Shown here one piece after another: positions 17,419 to 27,264 of a stretch of 64,000 nt of DNA. The first letter of the stretch is position 1. The number at the start of each line of letters is the position of its first letter. The position numbers were made by a program, and so were the translations under genes. Location: the NCBI GenBank assembly GCA_965225985.1, contig OZ245330.1:971509-1035508 (forward strand), read 5' to 3'. Source of the DNA: a bacterium (GTDB taxonomy: Bacteria > UBA8248). The notes beneath the pieces were generated by a model. That model was given only the letters and a program-made list of their open reading frames with translations. It was not told the origin of the DNA and made no database searches.

Positions 17419-19137
17419 ATGATAAATCCCCGGAGGGGGGGCCGTCCGCGGAGACGGTCGCCTGGCTCTAATTCTCCGGCGGGAAAGCCTGCCGGTCCGG
17501 AGTCCTTGTCGGATTCGAACCCCTCGTCGCAGGAAATCGAAGCGAATAGCCCGCACGACCCGTCTCAGGCGCCGAATCCAGGCGGCCCGGACAAGCCTTC
17601 CGACGGGAAGAGGCGCCGGAACCGCAGGCGCCGCCCCCGCCGCTCCCCCCGGAACCGGGACCCGAAAAACGGAAACGGGCGGGCCGTCGGTGACGAAGGG
17701 CCGGGTACGCAGAACGATTCAGGGGTGAAATTCCCCGCAATCGAGGGTGTTCCCCTTCTTGTCGATACGCATGCCCATCTCGAGGCCTCCGAATTCGACC
17801 CCGACCGCAGGAGTGTCCTCGACCGCGCCAACTCACAAGGCGTTCGGCATGTCATCGCTGTCGGGTCGGACGTTAAATCCAGCCGGAAATCATTGGAAAT
17901 CGCGGCCGCATATGCGGATATCTATGCCGCGGTGGGCGTTCATCCGCACGAGGTGAAAAGCGCCGGGAAAAGAACGCTTGCCACCATCGCCTCCTTATCG
18001 GAGAGCCCGAAAGCCGTCGCCATCGGTGAAATCGGACTCGATTACTTCCGGAACAACAGCCCCCAAAAGCTTCAGCGGCACTGGTTTCGGGATCAACTCC
18101 AGCTGGCCATCAAGGTTCAAAAGCCCGTAATCGTTCACTGCCGGGACGCGGACGAGGATTTGTATAACATTCTTAATGAAGAGCGGGTTTGGCGGGCTGG
18201 AGGTGTCCTCCATTGTTTTACCGGCGACGGGGAGTTCGCCAAAAAACTGCTCGGCCTGGACCTCTACCTCGGCGCGGCGGGACCTTTGACATTCGAAAAG
18301 TCCGCCGACCTCAGAAAAGTGTTCGAGGGGATCCCCGTTGAGCGCATTCTTGTCGAAACCGATAGTCCCTACCTTTCCCCGCCGCCCGACCGCGGAAAAC
18401 GGAACGAACCGGCCCATGTGGTCCGGGTCTCCCAGGCGCTGGCCGATGTTTTCGACCTTACGGTGGAGGAGGTGGCTCGAATCACAACGCACAACGCGCG
18501 TCGCCTTTTTGGGCTTGAAGTTGAAAAGAGCGGGCCGGTCATCGCCTATCGGATTGAAGAAAAACTCTATCTGAACATCTCGGGGCAATGCTCCAATTCC
18601 TGTATTTTCTGTGCCCGGCTCACCGATTTTCATTACAAAGGCTTCGACTTGTTTTTGAAAGAGGAAGAGCCGAATGTCGATGCGATACTCGAGGCGGCGG
18701 GCGATCCAAGCCGCTACGAGGAGGTTGTCTTCAGCGGGTTCGGCGAGCCCACCCTCCGGCTGGACATCCTCAAAGAAGTGGCGAGGGGGCTGCGGGAGCG
18801 TGGCGCGAGGCGGATCCGCCTGGTGACGAACGGATTGGGGAACAAGACGAACGGGCGGAACATTTTTCCTGAGTTGCAGGGCCTCGTTGACGCCATTTCG
18901 GTGAGCCTCCAGGCCGATAGCGCGGAGGCCTATATGAAAGTGTGCAAAACCGAAGGCATCGAGGAGCCCTTTTCGGTTGTCAAGGATTTCGTCCGGCGGG
19001 CGAGGGCTTATTATCCGGATGTCGAGGCCACCGCCGTAGACATGCCGGGCATCATCAACATCGATTCCTGCGAGCGGGTCGCCCGCGAGGAGCTGGGCGT
19101 CAGTTTCCGGAGGCGGGCGTATACCCTCGTGGATTGA
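17419..19137 (+). CDS. fusion protein: low-complexity Arg/Pro/Ser-rich N-terminus + TatD-family metal-dependent hydrolase + C-terminal radical-SAM domain (TatD-associated radical SAM type)
   Basis: TatD motifs (LVDTHAHL, GEIGLDY, HCRDA, ETDSPYL); one continuous frame then carries a CSNSCIFC (Cx3Cx2C) radical-SAM cluster motif and ~190 further residues. Start ambiguous: ATG 17419 (GGAG 9 nt upstream) or GTG ~17724. Confidence 0.8.
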   Translation: MINPRRGGRPRRRSPGSNSPAGKPAGPESLSDSNPSSQEIEANSPHDPSQAPNPGGPDKPSDGKRRRNRRRRPRRSPRNRDPKNGNGRAVGDEGPGTQNDSGVKFPAIEGVPLLVDTHAHLEASEFDPDRRSVLDRANSQGVRHVIAVGSDVKSSRKSLEIAAAYADIYAAVGVHPHEVKSAGKRTLATIASLSESPKAVAIGEIGLDYFRNNSPQKLQRHWFRDQLQLAIKVQKPVIVHCRDADEDLYNILNEERVWRAGGVLHCFTGDGEFAKKLLGLDLYLGAAGPLTFEKSADLRKVFEGIPVERILVETDSPYLSPPPDRGKRNEPAHVVRVSQALADVFDLTVEEVARITTHNARRLFGLEVEKSGPVIAYRIEEKLYLNISGQCSNSCIFCARLTDFHYKGFDLFLKEEEPNVDAILEAAGDPSRYEEVVFSGFGEPTLRLDILKEVARGLRERGARRIRLVTNGLGNKTNGRNIFPELQGLVDAISVSLQADSAEAYMKVCKTEGIEEPFSVVKDFVRRARAYYPDVEATAVDMPGIINIDSCERVAREELGVSFRRRAYTLVD

Positions 19138-19239
19138 TCAAACGGGCAAAATTATGATGAAAACAGTGTAACCTTTTTTAATGCGGTATCCTTCCGATTC
19201 GGGCCAGTAAAACCAATAAAAATCAGTCAAATCATCGTT

Positions 19240-19266
19240 TCAGCACTCTCCCCCTTAGAGTGATAA
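19240..19266 (+). promoter_or_regulatory. CIRCE operator (HrcA binding site) upstream of groES
   Basis: TCAGCACTC-N9-GAGTGATAA, 16/18 match to TTAGCACTC-N9-GAGTGCTAA. Confidence 0.6.
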
Positions 19267-19272
19267 ATCTTG

Positions 19273-19301
19273 TTGACAGCACCAAAAGGGTGTTGTATAA
19301 A
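19273..19301 (+). promoter_or_regulatory. sigma70-type promoter for groESL (-35 TTGACA / 17 / -10 TATAAA)
   Basis: TTGACA at 19273..19278, 17-nt spacer, TATAAA at 19296..19301, immediately downstream of the CIRCE element. Confidence 0.45.
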
Positions 19302-19494
19302 TATCGCCGTACATTATCTCCCGGCTAATTAAATATGAGTCCAGATGGCTAAGATTTGATTTTGCCAAATATCAGGCCAAACCTTTGATAGTTATGCTAA
19401 TAGCTGTGCGGATCGGGAAATTTTGACTTTATTGGGAAGAGCTTGAGGACCGGAAGAAATAAACCAGCAGGGAAAAAAAGGAGGAGATGAGGAG

Positions 19495-19803
19495 ATGGCG
19501 AAGGTGAAGGTGGCAGCGAAAGTTCAACCCCTTCAGGATCGGATCCTGGTACGCCGCCTGGATGCGGAAGAGGAGGAAGTTGGAGGCATCATCATCCCGG
19601 ATACGGCCAAGGAAAAGCCCCAAGAAGGAGCGGTAATGGCCGTGGGACCGGGAAAGGTCACCGACGACGGCAAACGTCAGGCCGTGGAGGTGGAAAAGGG
19701 TGACCGAATCCTGTTTGCGAAGTATGCGGGCACGGAGGTGAAAGTCGAAGGAGAAGAGCTTTTGATCATGCGTGAGGACGATGTCCTCGCCGTATTGCGC
19801 TAA
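19495..19803 (+). CDS. groES: co-chaperonin GroES
   Basis: 102-aa [13 protein letters not shown]...[16 protein letters not shown]...; GGAGG RBS upstream. Confidence 0.95.
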   Translation: MAKVKVAAKVQPLQDRILVRRLDAEEEEVGGIIIPDTAKEKPQEGAVMAVGPGKVTDDGKRQAVEVEKGDRILFAKYAGTEVKVEGEELLIMREDDVLAVLR

Positions 19804-19876
19804 GGGGACTTCCCGCCGTCCGCGTTGAAAGCGGAGCGGCATACAGAAACACGTTCAGGAGGAGAAGGAGCACGTT

Positions 19877-21505
19877 ATGGCAAAATTGCTTTTGTTCGAT
19901 GAGGAGGCCCGCAACAAGATTAAAAGCGGGGTGGATCAGCTCGCCGAGGCGGTCAAGGTGACGCTGGGGCCGCGGGGGCGCAACGTCGTTATCGACAAGA
20001 AGTTCGGCTCGCCGACCTCGACGAAGGACGGCGTGACGGTGGCCAAGGAAATCGAGCTGGAAGATCAATTCGAGAACATGGGCGCCCAGTTGTTGAACGA
20101 GGTGGCCAGCAAGACCTCCGATGTAGCCGGAGACGGCACCACCACCGCCACCGTTCTGGCCCAAGCCATTTACCATGAAGGCATGAAAAACGTCACGTCG
20201 GGCGCCAATCCGATTGACCTCAAGCGGGGTATCGACAAGGCGGTGGAGGAGGTGGTCGCGGAGCTTGTCAGGCTCTCCAAGCCCGTCAAGGACAAGCGCG
20301 AGATTTCCCAGGTGGGTTCGATTTCGGCGAACAACGACCCCACCATCGGCTCTCTCATTTCCGAGGCCATGGACAAGGTGGGCAAGGACGGCGTCATCAC
20401 GGTCGAGGAAGCCAAGTCGATGGAGACATCCCTTGATATCGTGGAGGGGATGCAGTTCGACCGTGGTTATCTGAGCCCCTATTTCGTCACGAATCCGGAT
20501 CGGATGGAGTCGGTTCTCGAGGAGCCGTATATCCTCCTGAATGAGAAGAAGATCAGCAACATGCGGGATCTGCTTCCCGTCCTCGAAAAAATCGCCAAGA
20601 TGGGCAAGCCCCTTCTTATTATCGCAGAGGACATCGAGGGCGAGGCGCTCGCGACGCTGGTGGTGAACAAGCTGCGCGGCACGCTCCAGGTAAGCGCGGT
20701 GAAGGCGCCCGGCTTCGGCGACCGGCGGAAGGCCATGCTCGAGGACATCGCGATCCTCATCGGCGGAAAAATGCTGAGCGAGGATTTGGGCATCAAGCTG
20801 GAGAATATCTCGGTTGACGATCTGGGGCAGTGCAAGCGGATCGCCATCGACAAGGAAAACACGACCATCGTAGAGGGCAAGGGAAAGGCCAAGGATATCG
20901 AGGGCCGCGTGAAGCAGATCCGCAACCAGATTGAGGAAACCACGAGCGATTACGACCGTGAGAAGCTTCAGGAGCGCCTCGCGAAGCTGGTGGGCGGCGT
21001 TGCCGTCATCAATGTGGGCGCGGCCACAGAGGCCGAGATGAAGGAGAAAAAGGCGCGCGTGGAGGACGCCCTGAACGCCACGCGCGCGGCCGTGGAAGAA
21101 GGCGTCGTGGTCGGCGGCGGGGTGGCGCTGATTCGCTGCCTCAAAGCGCTCGAAAACCTCAGGTACAAGGGCGACCAGCAGATCGGGATCAAGATTCTCG
21201 CCCGGGCGATGGAAGAGCCGCTTCGCCAGATTGCCAACAACGCGGGCGCCGAAGGCTCCATCGCTGTGCAAAATGTAAAGGCCGAGAAAGGAAATACGGG
21301 CTATAACGCCGCAACGGATAAGTATGAAGATTTGGTGAAGGCGGGCATCATTGACCCCACCAAAGTGGTGCGCTACGCACTGCAGAATGCGGCGAGCGTG
21401 GCCGGACTGATGCTGACCACCGAGTGCATCATCTCCGATAAACCCGAAGAGACACCCTCCATGCCTGCAATGCCTCCGGGCGGTGGCATGGGCGGCATGA
21501 TGTAG
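19877..21505 (+). CDS. groEL: chaperonin GroEL
   Basis: 542-aa [39 protein letters not shown]..., [12 protein letters not shown]-terminal GGM repeats. Confidence 0.95.
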   Translation: MAKLLLFDEEARNKIKSGVDQLAEAVKVTLGPRGRNVVIDKKFGSPTSTKDGVTVAKEIELEDQFENMGAQLLNEVASKTSDVAGDGTTTATVLAQAIYHEGMKNVTSGANPIDLKRGIDKAVEEVVAELVRLSKPVKDKREISQVGSISANNDPTIGSLISEAMDKVGKDGVITVEEAKSMETSLDIVEGMQFDRGYLSPYFVTNPDRMESVLEEPYILLNEKKISNMRDLLPVLEKIAKMGKPLLIIAEDIEGEALATLVVNKLRGTLQVSAVKAPGFGDRRKAMLEDIAILIGGKMLSEDLGIKLENISVDDLGQCKRIAIDKENTTIVEGKGKAKDIEGRVKQIRNQIEETTSDYDREKLQERLAKLVGGVAVINVGAATEAEMKEKKARVEDALNATRAAVEEGVVVGGGVALIRCLKALENLRYKGDQQIGIKILARAMEEPLRQIANNAGAEGSIAVQNVKAEKGNTGYNAATDKYEDLVKAGIIDPTKVVRYALQNAASVAGLMLTTECIISDKPEETPSMPAMPPGGGMGGMM

Positions 21506-21661
21506 AAGCGCGAATTCAGCTGGGCGGAGGGGGGAGCCCTTTGGGGCCCCCCCTTTTCGCTTGGCGCGCAAGCGGATTTTCCCGCCTTGATGCCCGCCGA
21601 ACCCTTTCCTATGATCCTGCCAACGGGATGAGAAATCCCCTCCGCCGCCGTTCCACGGGAA

Positions 21662-23038
21662 ATGGGGATGATGACGAAGGCAAACGGTATGAATATACGT
21701 CAAAGTCCTGTTCTCATTTCCTTTTTCATATCCCTCCTCGTTCATTTATTTTTGTTCGGCGCCTTCAGTCTGGAAATCTTCTGGCCCAAAACCGTTTCCG
21801 CGAAGCGGCCCATCTCGGTTCGTATCGTTCCCATCGCGCAGCCCCCGCCCGAGGAGCCGCAATCGCCCAATCCCGAGAGCCGCAATCTTTCCGATGCGAA
21901 CCGGAAAGAGAGCGGAGCGGGTGAGCCGAGCGAGAACCCGAAACTTCGAAGCGAGGAGGAAGAAGGCCTGGCTTCAAAGCAAGGCTCCGGCGTGGAGGAC
22001 GTACCCGTCCAGGTGGCGGCGCTTCCTCCGTCACCGCCCCCCGCTCCGAAGGCCCCCTTGGAACCTGAACCTGCTCCCCCGTTGCGGGTTGTGGAGCCGC
22101 CTCTTGCTTCCGAGCCGCGGGAGGAGGCCCCGGCCGCCTCGGTGGTGCTTGAGCCGGACCCGCCGAAGCGGGTGGAAGCGCCGCCTTCCGCCCCCGCACC
22201 CCAGGAGGAAACTCGGGTCCCCTTGCCGGAGCCGCCCGTGCCCGAAAAGGTGGAGGCGCCGCCTCTTCCGGCGCCTGATAGGCCGGAACCCGAGAATATC
22301 GTGGTGGAATCGGTTAAGCCCGAGTCCGCAAAGCGGAAGGAGGAACCCCCCAAGCCGGTAGCGCCGAGCGGGATTGAAGCGGTGCGGGAGGCGCCCGTGG
22401 AAAAGACGGTTCCCGCAAAAAAAGCCGAAACCGAAAAAGTGAAGCGGGAGGAGATTCAGCCGGTCCCCCCCAAGTTGCCGGAACCGAAGGAGCCGATCGA
22501 AGTTGCCGCCCTGCCTCCCCTCCAGGCTGAGCCCCCTCTCCCGCAGGCGGCCCCCCGGCCGGATAGGCCCGTCCAGGCGGACCCTCTCGCCATGTTCCGC
22601 CTCAATCCGGAAAAGAGGGGAAGGCCGGACGCGCCCGACCTCGATCTTTCTGATGATGAAGTGGCGCGAATCGCCAAGGCGGCCCGCGAGCGGGAGGCGG
22701 AAGAGGGAGAAGCGGTCTCCCTCGAAACGCGCGACTTCCGCTATGTATCTTATTTCGCGCACATCAAGCGCAGGATTCAGGGGGCCTGGAGGTGGCCGCG
22801 CGAGGCGAAAAATTACGAGGGAAAGGTGCAGATGCGGTTCGTCCTCAACGAGGACGGCTCGCTTGCACGTGTGAAGCTCATACATTCATCGGGCTACCGG
22901 ATTTTGGATGACGAGGCGGTCGCCGCCGTTACAAAGGCTGCTCCCTTCAATCCTTTCCCGCCTGATTTCAAAAGAAAGGTTTTGCCCATTCAAGCTTCTT
23001 TTTTGTACGAGCGGCGCCGGGGGCTATTTTCGCAATAA
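21662..23038 (+). CDS. TonB-family energy transducer (N-terminal TM anchor, very long Pro/Glu/Ala-rich spacer, TonB C-terminal domain)
   Basis: TM helix VLISFFISLLVHLFLFGAF; ~250-aa proline-rich region; C-terminal KVQMRFVLNEDGSLARVKLIHSSGYRILDDEAVAAVTKAAPFNPFP TonB_C fold. Confidence 0.7.
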   Translation: MGMMTKANGMNIRQSPVLISFFISLLVHLFLFGAFSLEIFWPKTVSAKRPISVRIVPIAQPPPEEPQSPNPESRNLSDANRKESGAGEPSENPKLRSEEEEGLASKQGSGVEDVPVQVAALPPSPPPAPKAPLEPEPAPPLRVVEPPLASEPREEAPAASVVLEPDPPKRVEAPPSAPAPQEETRVPLPEPPVPEKVEAPPLPAPDRPEPENIVVESVKPESAKRKEEPPKPVAPSGIEAVREAPVEKTVPAKKAETEKVKREEIQPVPPKLPEPKEPIEVAALPPLQAEPPLPQAAPRPDRPVQADPLAMFRLNPEKRGRPDAPDLDLSDDEVARIAKAAREREAEEGEAVSLETRDFRYVSYFAHIKRRIQGAWRWPREAKNYEGKVQMRFVLNEDGSLARVKLIHSSGYRILDDEAVAAVTKAAPFNPFPPDFKRKVLPIQASFLYERRRGLFSQ

Positions 23039-23054
23039 TGGCGATTTTTTCCGG

Positions 23055-23083
23055 TTGACACACTTCGCAAGCCTTCTTAATCT
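23055..23083 (+). promoter_or_regulatory. sigma70-type promoter (-35 TTGACA / 17 / -10 TAATCT) for the DtxR-family regulator
   Basis: TTGACA 23055..23060, 17-nt spacer, TAATCT 23078..23083. Confidence 0.4.
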
Positions 23084-23136
23084 GATTTTCCCTTGATGGG
23101 GGGAATGGCCGTTTCCCGGGCGAAAGGGACCGCCGC

Positions 23137-23805
23137 TTGAAACATTCTCGAACTTTAAGCAAACAAATGGAGGATTACCTGAAGAATATCTTCAAGCTCG
23201 AAAAAAAATCCTCTCCTGTCACGACGAAGGCCATCGCCGAAAAGGTGGAGGTTTCGGCGGCGTCGGTAACGAACATGATCCAAAAATTGGATCAGATTCA
23301 GTTGCTCGCCTACACCCCCTACAGAGGCGTTACCCTCACCCCCCGTGGAAGCAAGGTCGCCCTCGAAGTTATCCGGCATCATCGGCTTCTCGAGCTCTAT
23401 CTGAATCAGAAGGTGGGGATCGAGTGGCACAAGGTGGATGCGGAAGCGGAAGAGCTCGAACACGTTCTCAGCGACGAGGTCGAGGCCGCGATGGACAAGG
23501 CCCTGGGTTTTCCGACTATCGATCCCCACGGGGACCCGATTCCGGCCGAGGACGGAACCATGATCAGCCCGGATGAAACGGTGCTCACCGACCTTGAGCC
23601 GGCGAGCCCCTCCATCGTTTCCCGGGTGGTACAGGACAATATGGATGTCCTTCATTACCTCGGTGAGCTGGGGATATTTCCCGAGGTGGCCATTGAAGTA
23701 AAGGAACACGCCCCCTTTAACGGTCCGGTTACGATAATGATCGACGGGAAAAACATTGCCTTGGGGCAAGAGGTCGCGTCTCGGATTTACGTTTCAAAGA
23801 ATTAG
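23137..23805 (+). CDS. DtxR/IdeR-family metal-dependent transcriptional repressor with C-terminal FeoA/SH3-like domain
   Basis: N-terminal winged HTH (QMEDYLKNIFKL...ASVTNMIQKL), metal-binding helix region, C-terminal FeoA-like domain. Confidence 0.85.
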   Translation: MKHSRTLSKQMEDYLKNIFKLEKKSSPVTTKAIAEKVEVSAASVTNMIQKLDQIQLLAYTPYRGVTLTPRGSKVALEVIRHHRLLELYLNQKVGIEWHKVDAEAEELEHVLSDEVEAAMDKALGFPTIDPHGDPIPAEDGTMISPDETVLTDLEPASPSIVSRVVQDNMDVLHYLGELGIFPEVAIEVKEHAPFNGPVTIMIDGKNIALGQEVASRIYVSKN

Positions 23806-23904
23806 ATTTCTTTTCGCTCGAAAACGCTTTTCCTCTCCCCAAAAAATAGATCTCCGGTGGCCCTTCCTTGCAATGTGCCGGATGGTGTAATCTGAATTTC
23901 CGAT

Positions 23905-24306
23905 TTGATTTCAGGTCATCGGGGAGGAGGAAGATTGAGCCGGATTGCGGCCGTCTCACTGGCCCTTGCCCTCATCGCCGCTCCCTGTGCGGTGCTCGCC
24001 CAGGAGAAGCCGGGATACCCCGGGAGATACGCCAGAACGCCGAAATACGATGCCCTTTCGCCGGGAGGAAAGCTCTGGGCCCAGGCGGGTGCCGTGGCCC
24101 TTTCCTTCGTTACCGTACCCCTCCGGATTGCAACGACCGTTCTTCTTACGCCCCCCTACCTGATCCTCAAAACATCCCGGAGCAAAGAGGGACAGAGCGA
24201 GGCCGAGGCGTTTGCGAATAAATATCTCCACGGAGAGTACGCCGTCCGGCCCGAACATGTTTCCGGCGATGTGAAGTACAGATTTTTCGGAATCGGAACT
24301 GAATAA
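23905..24306 (+). CDS. small hypothetical secreted protein (signal peptide)
   Basis: IAAVSLALALIAAPCAVLAQE signal peptide; no recognisable family. Start codon uncertain. Confidence 0.35.
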   Translation: MISGHRGGGRLSRIAAVSLALALIAAPCAVLAQEKPGYPGRYARTPKYDALSPGGKLWAQAGAVALSFVTVPLRIATTVLLTPPYLILKTSRSKEGQSEAEAFANKYLHGEYAVRPEHVSGDVKYRFFGIGTE

Positions 24307-24343
24307 GCGGTCCGGCGGCTTTTCCTCCCCAGGAGAATCCATT

Positions 24344-24898
24344 TTGACCCCGAAAAAGAGATCGCCCAAGAAGCCCAACCACACCTTCCGCGCCATTCAC
24401 GACAAGGAAGTGGAGTGGGAAGAAGGGGTGGTGAATGAGTTGCTCACGCTTCCAAAGGGGATAAAAGTAAAGATATTCAACCACGATCCCGTCATGAAGC
24501 GGATCGATATGAAGGTGAAGTTTCCGAAGGGATACGTCGAGCCGAAACACACCCACAAAAGTTGGCACTCCATTCTGGTTATCAAGGGCAGAATGTGCGT
24601 GGCGGGAAAAGATTTGCGGCCGGGAGATTATGTTTTCGGCTGGGAGCTTCCGCACGGCCCTTACGAGTACCCGGACGGTTGCGAGGTCTTTGTCGTATTC
24701 ATGGGCGAAGGCACCCAACATAAATGGGAAGAGAATTCATACCTCCGCCACCGCGCGAAGTGGAAGGCGAAGACCGCCGCCGGGAAAAAGGCCGTAAAAA
24801 AAGGAGAGGTTGCCAGGGAGGGTGCGCTTGCCAAGAAAAAAGCGGCGTCGAAAAATACCGCGAAAAGGAAATCCAGCCGGAAAAGTACGAGCCGATAG
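24344..24898 (+). CDS. cupin-domain protein (ChrR-like cupin) with C-terminal Lys/Ala-rich histone-H1-like tail
   Basis: Cupin beta-barrel core (KHTHKSWHSILVIKGRMCVAGK...GDYVFGWELPHG) followed by ~55 aa KAKTAAGKKAVKKGE...AKKKAASKNTAKRKSSRKSTSR. Confidence 0.6.
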   Translation: MTPKKRSPKKPNHTFRAIHDKEVEWEEGVVNELLTLPKGIKVKIFNHDPVMKRIDMKVKFPKGYVEPKHTHKSWHSILVIKGRMCVAGKDLRPGDYVFGWELPHGPYEYPDGCEVFVVFMGEGTQHKWEENSYLRHRAKWKAKTAAGKKAVKKGEVAREGALAKKKAASKNTAKRKSSRKSTSR

Positions 24899-24976
24899 CC
24901 GGCCGCCGGCCACCCGGCGAGCGGAAACGCACCTTCTTCCTCCCGGCGGCGATGCCCGCCGGCCTTCTGGAGCCAT

Positions 24977-25996
24977 ATGATCCCCTTGCGCATCGCAGTC
25001 ATCGGGGCCGGCGCCTGGGGGACCTCCCTGGCCGACTTTTTGGCCGAAGCGGGACACGAAGTCACCCTCTGGGTGTATGAAGCGGACCTTTGCGGCCGGA
25101 TGACGAAGAGCCGGGAAAATGATTTGTATCTTTCCGGTGTCACCCTTCATCCCGAGCTCCGCCTTACGTCGGATTTGGCCGAGGCCGCCTCGGCGGGCCA
25201 GGATTTTGTTCTCAGCGCCATGCCGAGCCATGTGGTTCGAAGCGTTTGGGAGAAGCTGGCCGCTTTTTTTCATGAGGGAACCTGTCTCATCAGCGCCACG
25301 AAAGGCATCGAAGCCGAGTCGCTCCTCCTGCCCACCCAGATCATCGCCGAAACGCTGAAGGCTACCACAAGGGAGCCGCCGCCTTTGGTTTGCATCTCGG
25401 GCCCCACCTTTGCCCGGGAGCTCGCCGAGCGGAGGCCCACCGCCGTCATCGCGGCCAGCGAAAGTGAAGAGACGGCGAAGAAGGTGCAGGAGGCGATATC
25501 GTCGTCCTGCTTGCGGGTCTACACCGGGACCGATCCGGTGGGCACGCAGCTGGGCGGAGCGATCAAGAACGTCATCGCCCTCGCCGCCGGAATCACGGAC
25601 GGGCTTGGGCTCGGGTACAACGCGCGGGCCGCGCTCATCGTGAGGGGCCTTGCCGAGATGAGCCGCCTGGGGGCCGCCATGGGCGGTCAGGCGGAAACGC
25701 TATCCGGCCTCGCCGGGATGGGGGACCTTGTTCTCACCTGCACGGGGGACCTGAGCCGGAACCGGACGGTGGGCTACCGCCTGGGCAAGGGGGAGAAATT
25801 GGACGCCATCCTGGGTGAGATGACGGCGGTGGCCGAAGGGGTGACGACCGCACCCGCGGCCGTCTCGCTCGCGGAGAAATTTGGGGTGGAGATGCCTATC
25901 TGCACCCAAATTCACGCGGTTCTTCTCGGCGGAAAAGATCCGAAAAAGGCGGCTGGGGAACTCATGTCCCGGCCCCTCAAGGCGGAACGGATATGA
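24977..25996 (+). CDS. gpsA: NAD(P)H-dependent glycerol-3-phosphate dehydrogenase
   Basis: IAVIGAGAWGTSLA Rossmann motif, GpsA catalytic region (KGIE...GPTFAREL, GLGLGYNARAALI). Confidence 0.9.
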   Translation: MIPLRIAVIGAGAWGTSLADFLAEAGHEVTLWVYEADLCGRMTKSRENDLYLSGVTLHPELRLTSDLAEAASAGQDFVLSAMPSHVVRSVWEKLAAFFHEGTCLISATKGIEAESLLLPTQIIAETLKATTREPPPLVCISGPTFARELAERRPTAVIAASESEETAKKVQEAISSSCLRVYTGTDPVGTQLGGAIKNVIALAAGITDGLGLGYNARAALIVRGLAEMSRLGAAMGGQAETLSGLAGMGDLVLTCTGDLSRNRTVGYRLGKGEKLDAILGEMTAVAEGVTTAPAAVSLAEKFGVEMPICTQIHAVLLGGKDPKKAAGELMSRPLKAERI

Positions 25997-26061
25997 AAAT
26001 CTCGAAGCAGCGAGAATAGGAATTTTCCGAGGGTGGAGGAAAAGAAAATGTTTGCCGGGAA

Positions 26062-27264
26062 TCACCCGGCGAAGCGCATGCAAAAGATTGGGGGAAAATG
26101 CCCCGAGATTTGCTGCCACGAGGTTCCCCCATCGTCCGAGATCCAGAGGGAGCCCGTTGTGGAACCCAGGGCAAGGCAGTTCCCCGTAGCGTCTACGTCC
26201 AATCCATGGCGATACACGAGGTTGTAAGCAGGGCTTTGGGGAAAACCGTTCCGCAGGATTTCAAAGGTTTCGCCCCCGTCGGATGTCCGCGCAACTACGA
26301 GTTTTCCGTCGACTGGAACCCGGCGCTCATCGCTGATGGCGGGCACGAACCAGGCGGTCTCGGGATCGCTGGGATGGGCGGCAACGGCGAACCCGAAAGA
26401 TGACGGCCGTATGGCGGTGACCTCGTTCCAGTTCGCCATTCCATCGGTGGTTCGGAAGACCGCGTTGTGATGACTCGCCCACAATGTGTCCGGCGATGAG
26501 AGGCACCGCGCGATTCGGTGGGGGTCCTGGATGAGGGGATCATCCCGGCGTTCGGGCGGCATATAGTTTGCCCACATCCCTTTGGCCCTGCATTCCCAAT
26601 TTTCGCCCCCGTCGTGCGTCACCCAAACTCCGCCGCAGGAAACCCCGACCGTGATGTTCCGGCTGTCCCGCGGGTCCAGGGATATCGAATGAATTCCGGG
26701 GTGTTCGTATCCGCCTCCGAACCATTCGTTGCGTTCGGGCCGATCCCATAGAGACCGGACTAAATCCCAGGAATTTCCGCTATCCCCGGATCGGAACAGT
26801 CCGCCCGGGATGGTTCCCGCCCACAAGCGCCCGGGTTCGTTTGAGCCGCCTGCCTCCAGCGACCAAATCAGTTCCACCGAGGGGGGAGGCGTTTCCCCAT
26901 TTTGAGATTCCGCACCTCTCGGCGCCTCGGGCATATGAGGATAGGCGGGCGCCGAGACCTCTTCCCATTCGTTTCCGTCTGCCGAGCGGTGCAATTTGGC
27001 CCCAAAATGATCCAATGAGAGTGCGGCGTAGACGAAACCATCCCTCGGATCGGGCAGGACCATGGGTACCTGATCTCCAAGAAAAGCCGGCTTGGAGATC
27101 GACCAAGGGCCCGTTTCGGAGGCGCTGGCGCGGGTCAGGGTGAAAAGCCCTTTTCGGGTGCCGACGTAAAGGCGGTTGCTCATCGGCGTGTTTCTTTTTT
27201 CTCGAATGGCGGTTCTGGCGATGGAATTGTGTCTGGCGCAAGATTTCCCGATCGGGATACGCAT
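26062..27264 (-). CDS. BNR/Asp-box repeat beta-propeller protein (sialidase/glycosyl-hydrolase-like or Ycf48-like)
   Basis: Six Asp-box motifs (SADGNEW, SGDSGNSW, THDGGENW, TTDGMANW, TSDGGETF, SDDGGTSW). Start may be the internal ATG near 27183. Confidence 0.7.
   Translation of the reverse strand: MRIPIGKSCARHNSIARTAIREKRNTPMSNRLYVGTRKGLFTLTRASASETGPWSISKPAFLGDQVPMVLPDPRDGFVYAALSLDHFGAKLHRSADGNEWEEVSAPAYPHMPEAPRGAESQNGETPPPSVELIWSLEAGGSNEPGRLWAGTIPGGLFRSGDSGNSWDLVRSLWDRPERNEWFGGGYEHPGIHSISLDPRDSRNITVGVSCGGVWVTHDGGENWECRAKGMWANYMPPERRDDPLIQDPHRIARCLSSPDTLWASHHNAVFRTTDGMANWNEVTAIRPSSFGFAVAAHPSDPETAWFVPAISDERRVPVDGKLVVARTSDGGETFEILRNGFPQSPAYNLVYRHGLDVDATGNCLALGSTTGSLWISDDGGTSWQQISGHFPPIFCMRFAG

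Noticed and set aside
17500-17525. ggattcgaacc (reverse complement of the tRNA T-loop GGTTCGAATCC) suggesting a minus-strand tRNA between metG and tatD
   Set aside because: Flanking sequence does not form a T-stem, acceptor stem or anticodon arm. Coincidental match in GC-rich DNA.
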